From: an uncultured Acidimicrobiaceae bacterium
Lineage (GTDB): Bacteria; Actinomycetota; Acidimicrobiia; Acidimicrobiales; RAAP-2
DNA: 64,000 bases
Reading direction: 5' to 3'
Assembly (NCBI GenBank): GCA_963728845.1
Contig: CAVSLS010000057.1
Coordinates: 20,788 to 84,787 of the forward strand
A program made the translations under genes and the position numbers. Below, in pieces: positions 59,858-64,000 of the stretch. A model generated the notes under the pieces. The model made no database searches. It had not been told where the DNA came from and saw only the letters and a list, made by a program, of their open reading frames with translations. The stretch's first letter is position 1; every line of letters begins with the position of its first letter.

Positions 59858-59894
59858 CCGGGCGTCAGGACGTCCGCAGCGGGCTCATAACGTG

Positions 59895-60365
59895 ATGAGC
59901 GTGGCGGCACCGGTCATCGACTACCGACACGGCTTTCACTTCGACCTCTCCCCCGAGCAGCTCTGGGAGCGGATAGAGGAGGTCGACCAGTTCGAGCGCT
60001 GGTGGCCCTGGCTCTCCGAATGCGAGCTCGAGGGCAACGGGCTGGCCAAGGGGTCGGTCCTGCACGGGGTGGTCGCGCCGCCCCTTCCCTACCGCATGCG
60101 GCTCCGCGTCGAGTTGGGCGAATGCGTCCGGCCGCACTCCATCGACGCCACCATCGGAGGGGACCTGACCGGCGTGGCGGGGCTCAGCCTGCGCCCCGGG
60201 GAGGGCGGCACCTGGGCCGAGGTGTCGTGGCACGTCGAGATGCGCCAGCCGGCCATGCGGCTGGCCAGCCGGTTCGGTCATCCCCTCTTGCAGTGGGGAC
60301 ACGACCGGGTGGTCGAGATCACGGTGGCCGGCTTCCGCAGGAGACTCAAGGCAGCCGACACCTGA
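59895..60365 (+). CDS. SRPBCC (START/polyketide-cyclase-like) family protein
   Basis: 156 aa. FHFDLSPEQLWERIEEVDQFERWWPWL is typical of the SRPBCC fold. Only 37 bp (59858..59894) separate it from the divergent VirB4-like gene. Confidence 0.75.
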   Translation: MSVAAPVIDYRHGFHFDLSPEQLWERIEEVDQFERWWPWLSECELEGNGLAKGSVLHGVVAPPLPYRMRLRVELGECVRPHSIDATIGGDLTGVAGLSLRPGEGGTWAEVSWHVEMRQPAMRLASRFGHPLLQWGHDRVVEITVAGFRRRLKAADT

Positions 60366-60366
60366 C
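60315..60366 (+). repeat. direct repeat copy 1 (the native 3' end of the SRPBCC gene)
   Basis: gagatcacGgtggccggcttccgcaggagactcaaggcagccgacacCtgac. Matches 61296..61347 at 50/52 positions. Confidence 0.9.
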
Positions 60367-60680
60367 TCTGACTAATGGCGCCCGGTGTCCATCCAGCGGT
60401 GGGCGAAAGCGCGGGAACGGACTCCGGTCGGCCCCCTGCCTCTGAACAGCACCACAGCACCATCGGGGCACTCTTCCCAACCGCCGCAACCCGATCGCCA
60501 TCCGTCAGCAATACCGTGCTGTCCGTTTTGGCACACCGGAGTAAGTCCAGGCGTTTCCGGGCGCCGTCGTCGGAGACCGACAAGACTGCTCCCAGTAGAG
60601 GAGCGACCCGTCACTGAGTTGGCCGACGCCCGAGGGACGAGTACGAGGGGCGGGACGCTAGGTCCAGAGAGGTGAGCACG

Positions 60681-61028
60681 ATGAGCAATAAAGAGGCGGT
60701 GCCTGAAACGAAAGGCGTCACGGCGGAGTTACTTACAACCGTTGACCTTGGCCCTGAGATCGAGGGAATGACGGGGCGTCAACTTCGAATGCGTATGTTC
60801 ACCTTCGAGCCGGGAGCCGTCTTCGGCCCGATTCACGACCATAAGGACAGACCAGGCATCGTCTACATACTGCAGGGAACGATCACTGACCACCGAAATG
60901 GAGCCGCTACGGACTATGGGCCGGGAGTGGGCTGGCCCGAGGACAGGAACACCACCCACTGGCTTGAGAACAGAGGAACGGTTCCGGCGGTGGAGATTTC
61001 GGTCGATATCGACCGGCTTGCCCAATAG
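60681..61028 (+). CDS. cupin-domain protein
   Basis: ATG at 60681 (AGAGAGG 9 nt upstream; the track starts at GTG 60672). FEPGAVFGPIHDHKDRPGIVYILQG..NTTHWLEN fits the cupin_2 G(X)5HxH..H pattern. Visibly more AT-rich than its neighbours. Confidence 0.8.
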   Translation: MSNKEAVPETKGVTAELLTTVDLGPEIEGMTGRQLRMRMFTFEPGAVFGPIHDHKDRPGIVYILQGTITDHRNGAATDYGPGVGWPEDRNTTHWLENRGTVPAVEISVDIDRLAQ

Positions 61029-61295
61029 GTCACCCCCCTGCCCCTTTACGCCTGGGTTAGTGACGCAGTGTTGTCTCGGACTCGGCAGGTTGGTCGACTT
61101 GCCGGTAAGGCGAGTATCCGGAACCGCAACCCGCGAGGGTCGAAGGCTGAAAGCAGGTAGTAGACCCGATGTCGCACCAACACCCTCACCTCAGGGTGTA
61201 CCAGTACGCCGCACCGGCACGGTGGAGCAGGGAGACAGGTCGAATCCCCTGATAATCCCTGTTCAGGGTGTGGGATACCCCGCCGTAGAGTCGTT

Positions 61296-61347
61296 GAGAT
61301 CACCGTGGCCGGCTTCCGCAGGAGACTCAAGGCAGCCGACACGTGAC
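61296..61347 (+). repeat. direct repeat copy 2 (orphan duplicate of the SRPBCC 3' end including the stop codon)
   Basis: gagatcacCgtggccggcttccgcaggagactcaaggcagccgacacGtgac. Read in the SRPBCC frame, it still encodes EITVAGFRRRLKAADT-stop. Both differences are synonymous Thr codons. Confidence 0.9.
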
Positions 61348-61403
61348 ATAACTTGGAACGATGCAGTGTGCGTGCGAGTGGAGCGTCAGGTCTCTGAGGA
61401 CCG

Positions 61404-61874
61404 ATGGACAGTGACGACGGTGCCGCCGTCGGGCGGCTGATCGCCAAAGACGAGATCATCGATCTCGTCCATCGCTATTCGTACTGCGTCGACCACAGGC
61501 TGTACGACGAGGTCGTGGAACTATTCACCGAGGACTGCGTGGTCGACTACGGACCGGAATATCGCACCGTGCGATCCAGGGCTGGTCTCCGGCGGATGTT
61601 CGGAAATCCTGAGGGGGGATTTATTGCAACGAGCCACCACAATGCGAACGTCCTCGTCACGTTCGAGGACCTCGATCATGCGTCCGTGCGCACATCCGTG
61701 TACGCCTGGCATCAGCGGTCCGACGGGGTCACACCCCGCTTGTGGGGCTACTACCACGACTCCGTCGTCCGTCATCCCGACGGATGGCGCATTGCCGAGC
61801 GGCGGCTTCGGACTCTGGGGGCCGAGAATTGGAATGCGGTGATGCGATCGGCTTTCGAAGACGAAGCTCCGTAG
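61404..61874 (+). CDS. NTF2-like (SnoaL_4-type) protein
   Basis: DEIIDLVHRYSYCVDHRLYDEVVELFTEDCVVDYG .. SHHNANVLVTF is typical of the family. Confidence 0.75.
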   Translation: MDSDDGAAVGRLIAKDEIIDLVHRYSYCVDHRLYDEVVELFTEDCVVDYGPEYRTVRSRAGLRRMFGNPEGGFIATSHHNANVLVTFEDLDHASVRTSVYAWHQRSDGVTPRLWGYYHDSVVRHPDGWRIAERRLRTLGAENWNAVMRSAFEDEAP

Positions 61875-61946
61875 TCAGCAGCCCGTCAGCATCCGGGTGA
61901 GTTCTGATGGCCGGGTCGCAATCGGTGAAAGCGGCCAGGATCAGAC

Positions 61947-62246
61947 TTGCGCAGATCATCTCTGGACCTATCCTCGCTGGCGGTGGATGAAGTCGAACCC
62001 CCACCGGGTAACCCGTTATCTGTGAGAGGTCGTCTCCGCGTGGGCGACCGAGGCAAGGAACTGGCGGCCGGACTTGTGCAGCGAGCGTTTGCCAAAGGCC
62101 AGCTCTCCAAAGATGAGTTGGACAACCGCCTATCCGTTGTGCTCGAGGCCCGCGTAGGCGACGACCTGAGACCGGCGCTCGACGACCTGAAGGAATACCA
62201 ATTGGTACGAGTAAACCCACGGATGTGGGCGTACTGGCTGGATTGA
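61947..62246 (+). CDS. DUF1707-domain protein, apparently truncated (start uncertain; GTG at 62022 possible)
   Basis: LRVGDRGKELAAGLVQRAFAKGQLSKDELDNRLSVVLEARVGDDLRPALDDL matches the DUF1707 pattern. No downstream domain follows before the stop. Confidence 0.5.
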   Translation: MRRSSLDLSSLAVDEVEPPPGNPLSVRGRLRVGDRGKELAAGLVQRAFAKGQLSKDELDNRLSVVLEARVGDDLRPALDDLKEYQLVRVNPRMWAYWLD

Positions 62247-62268
62247 CTTTTCAAGTCCGGGTGGACTC

Positions 62269-63024
62269 TTAGCCGAGCCGCGCCACCGCGAGCGCGGCGG
62301 CCAGCAGGACGACGGCCCAGGCCATGGCCCGCAACGCGTGCTCGAGCGGGGCCAGCAGCGCCGGGCGGTCGATCGCCTGCCGCGCGCCGTCGGACAAGGA
62401 CAGCACCCCGCTGACGTCGACAGCCCGGCGGCGGAGCATCCGGGCCGGGGTGCTCAAGGCGCGCTGCGCCAGTGACAGGAGGAGCGCCCCGACCGCTGCG
62501 AGCGCTGGCGCGAGCGCCAGCGTCCCGGTCTGGGCCACGTACGCGGTCACCACGGGGAAGGCACCCCAGCTGGCGGCAAACCCCACGTCGTTGTGGATGA
62601 TCCCTCCGAGGACCTCGAAGTTGTACCCGACCACGAGTACGGGTCCGAGCACGAGGAACGGGACCAACACCCATCCGACCTGGACCACCCCGGCCACGCC
62701 GAGGACCAGGGCGCCCACGAGTCCCACCACGGCCGCGCCCACGAGAGCGGGCGCGGGGATGTGCGTGCGGAGCGGCCGGCCGTGCAGCTCGTCGAGCGCG
62801 TGCGCCGCCACGCCGACCGCCAGGAAGAAGGCGAGGAGCGTCGCGATCAGTCGCGTCGTGTTGACCACCGGCGCCAGGCAGGCCCCGATGACCACGTAGG
62901 CCAGGTGCCAGGCCGTGTACGGAGGGTGGAGCAACGTCCACCAGTCCCGCCAGCCACCTGGGCGGGCGGCGTAGTAGGCCGGACGTTCCTGGGACGGCCG
63001 GTCTCGGGGCGCTGCCTCAGCCAC
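62269..63024 (-). CDS. integral membrane protein, function unknown
   Basis: 251 aa with about 7 hydrophobic segments. GTG start overlaps the methyltransferase stop by 8 nt, suggesting an operon. Confidence 0.7.
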   Translation of the reverse strand: MAEAAPRDRPSQERPAYYAARPGGWRDWWTLLHPPYTAWHLAYVVIGACLAPVVNTTRLIATLLAFFLAVGVAAHALDELHGRPLRTHIPAPALVGAAVVGLVGALVLGVAGVVQVGWVLVPFLVLGPVLVVGYNFEVLGGIIHNDVGFAASWGAFPVVTAYVAQTGTLALAPALAAVGALLLSLAQRALSTPARMLRRRAVDVSGVLSLSDGARQAIDRPALLAPLEHALRAMAWAVVLLAAALAVARLG

Positions 63025-63751
63025 TGCGGCGACGCCCCCACATGACGAGGCCGCCGCCGAGGCTCATCCGCCGCACGCCGACGTCGACCAGTCCGGCCCT
63101 GCCCCAGGCCTCGACCGTCCAGTCGAGCGGATAGCGCTGGTAGTGCGCCGAGATGTTGGGTCCGAGGAACCGGCCGACCTCCAGCCATTCCCGGCCCCCC
63201 GTGACGAGCCCACCGACCGGGAGGACGAGCCTCGTGTAGCCCCACCACCAGAACCGCCAGAAGCGGCTCTGCGGGAGCAGGAACTCCAGGTTGGCCACCA
63301 CGCCTTCGGGCTTCACCACCCGGGCGAGCTCGCGCAGCGTCGCCCCGGGATCGTCGACGTAGCGCAGCAGATAGGTGAAGGTGAGTGCGTCGAAGGTCGC
63401 ATCAGCGAACGGCAGCTGCTCGCCCCGGCCCGCGATCAATCGGACCCGGTCGGCCATCGCCCGTCCGGCGACGTTCCGCTGGCCCTGGCGCAGCATCTCG
63501 AGCGTCAGGTCGACCCCGACCACGTCGGCGCGCGTGCGCTGCGCGATCTGCAAGGAGACGCCGGCCGGCCCACACGCCACGTCGAGCACCAGCGCCGGAT
63601 CCTCCGGCACGATGTGATCGATCATGGCGCGGCGCCAGCGGCCGTTCTGGCCCATGGACAACACTTCGGCCAGCCGGTCGTAGCGTGCCGGGAGCGGGGA
63701 GAAGAGCTGCTGGGCGAACCGGTTGAGTTCGTTCGGCGCCCGTGTCTCCAT
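63017..63751 (-). CDS. class I SAM-dependent methyltransferase (UbiE/MenG-like)
   Basis: VLDVACGPAGVS motif I, DALTFTYLLRYV, LRELARVVKPEG. GAGGAGG SD. Confidence 0.85.
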   Translation of the reverse strand: METRAPNELNRFAQQLFSPLPARYDRLAEVLSMGQNGRWRRAMIDHIVPEDPALVLDVACGPAGVSLQIAQRTRADVVGVDLTLEMLRQGQRNVAGRAMADRVRLIAGRGEQLPFADATFDALTFTYLLRYVDDPGATLRELARVVKPEGVVANLEFLLPQSRFWRFWWWGYTRLVLPVGGLVTGGREWLEVGRFLGPNISAHYQRYPLDWTVEAWGRAGLVDVGVRRMSLGGGLVMWGRRRSG

Positions 63752-63810
63752 TCCGCCTCCTCAGGTGTGAGGATCTCACCGTAGACGGTCGACGTTCGAA
63801 GGGAGCCGAC

Positions 63811-64000
63811 GTGGGTGCGAGGCGCTTTGACGTGCTCGTCGTGGGAGCCGGCCCGGCGGGGAGCACCGCCGCGCTCGTGCTCGCCCGCGCCGGCGCCCGG
63901 GTCGGCCTGGTGGACAAGGCGCACTTCCCGCGGGACAAGGCGTGCGGGGACCTCATCGGGCCGCGGGGCCTGCAGGTGCTCGCCGACCTCGGGGTGCCCG
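63811..64000 (+). CDS. FAD-dependent geranylgeranyl-reductase-family oxidoreductase (5' part; continues beyond the window)
   Basis: GTG at 63811 with GAAGGGAG upstream. Translation VGARRFDVLVVGAGPAGSTAALVLARAG..DKACGDLIGPRG shows the GxGxxG FAD fold. Confidence 0.7.
   Translation, partial: MGARRFDVLVVGAGPAGSTAALVLARAGARVGLVDKAHFPRDKACGDLIGPRGLQVLADLGVP

Noticed and set aside
60536-60553. CCGGAGTAAGTCCAGGCG, resembling the RNase P RNA GGAAAGUCCGGGC (P4) box
   Set aside because: The other universally conserved RNase P blocks (ACAGAAA, the 3' P4 strand, the GGUAA regions) are absent nearby. The space available before the cupin gene is too short.
60646-60672. CTAGGTCCAGAGAGG, resembling the ykkC/guanidine-I GGUCCGAGAG box, and ACGA/ACGC motifs resembling mini-ykkC loops (60632..60660)
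   Set aside because: The box coincides with the cupin ribosome-binding site. The ACGR motifs are not flanked by complementary stems. The remaining ykkC consensus is absent.
61238-61249. GGTCGAATCCCC (plus strand) / GGGGATTCGACC (minus strand), resembling a tRNA T-loop or the tmRNA 5' GGAUUCGAC box
   Set aside because: I could not build an acceptor stem, D arm or anticodon arm on either strand. A full tmRNA would have to run through the cupin coding sequence. This is probably chance or a tiny fragment.
61213-61290. GGTG..AGGGAGACAGGTCGAATCC, resembling the cobalamin riboswitch core (GGUG..AGGGAA..GGUG.GAAUCC)
   Set aside because: The obligatory B12 box (GCCACUG) and the CCCGC segment are missing, so I do not call it a cobalamin riboswitch.
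60367-61295. Possible terminal inverted repeats of the cupin cassette (MITE/IS-like)
   Set aside because: Comparing the first about 30 nt with the reverse complement of the last about 30 nt gives only scattered matches (GACT.., ..GGCG..). No convincing terminal inverted repeats and no transposase.
1-64000. CRISPR arrays, rRNA genes, IS elements/transposases, integrases, toxin-antitoxin pairs
   Set aside because: I scanned the intergenic regions and the ORF translations. I found no regularly spaced short repeats, no rRNA-like sequence, and no DDE/HUH/tyrosine- or serine-recombinase motifs.

Overview
High-GC, gene-dense chromosomal segment, probably from an actinomycete-type Actinomycetota. 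Supporting content: WS/DGAT, F420-type LLM and PPOX enzymes, an LmbE/PIG-L deacetylase, many FadE/FadD/Ech paralogues, and GTG starts with GGAGG-type Shine-Dalgarno (SD) sites. I support about 65 protein-coding genes and one tRNA-Arg(ACG). I found no rRNA, CRISPR array, transposase or integrase. Layout by coordinate: (1) 0.7-6.5 kb, four neutral-lipid genes (WS/DGAT, alpha/beta hydrolase, acyl-CoA synthetase, acyltransferase) between tRNA-Arg and a perfect 43-bp copy of its 3' half. (2) 6.6-20 kb, a P450, a polyphosphate glucokinase-like ROK kinase, an amidase, a solitary nuclease-like/DUF4268 protein, and three paralogous DrrAB-type ABC-2 exporters (one next to a TetR gene, one next to a PadR gene, one with no adjacent regulator). 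(3) 20-27 kb, a co-directional operon (methyltransferase, LmbE-like deacetylase, two PhyH dioxygenases, F420-type LLM oxidoreductase), then a small conserved protein plus an AMP-ligase. (4) 27-34 kb, PPOX, a ClpX-type Zn-finger protein, a second P450, an SDR, an NRAMP transporter and a hydrolase. (5) 34-55 kb, a large acyl-CoA catabolic cluster. (6) 55-57 kb, a YciI protein and an ECF-like sigma factor. (7) 57-60 kb, an orphan VirB4-like/VirD4-like ATPase pair. (8) 60.3-62.3 kb, a visibly more AT-rich mosaic where the 3' end of an SRPBCC gene is duplicated around a cupin cassette with long, possibly structured non-coding flanks. (9) 62.3-64 kb, a membrane protein, a methyltransferase and a geranylgeranyl-reductase-like gene. 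Ten conserved genes are interrupted by single-site frame changes, so either the assembly has indel errors or the genome is decaying. I did not find a clearly new multi-gene system. The most unusual items are the two integrase-less repeat-bracketed islets, the type IV secretion system (T4SS) remnant and the non-coding flanks of the cupin cassette. All family assignments come from motif recognition by eye, not from searches.
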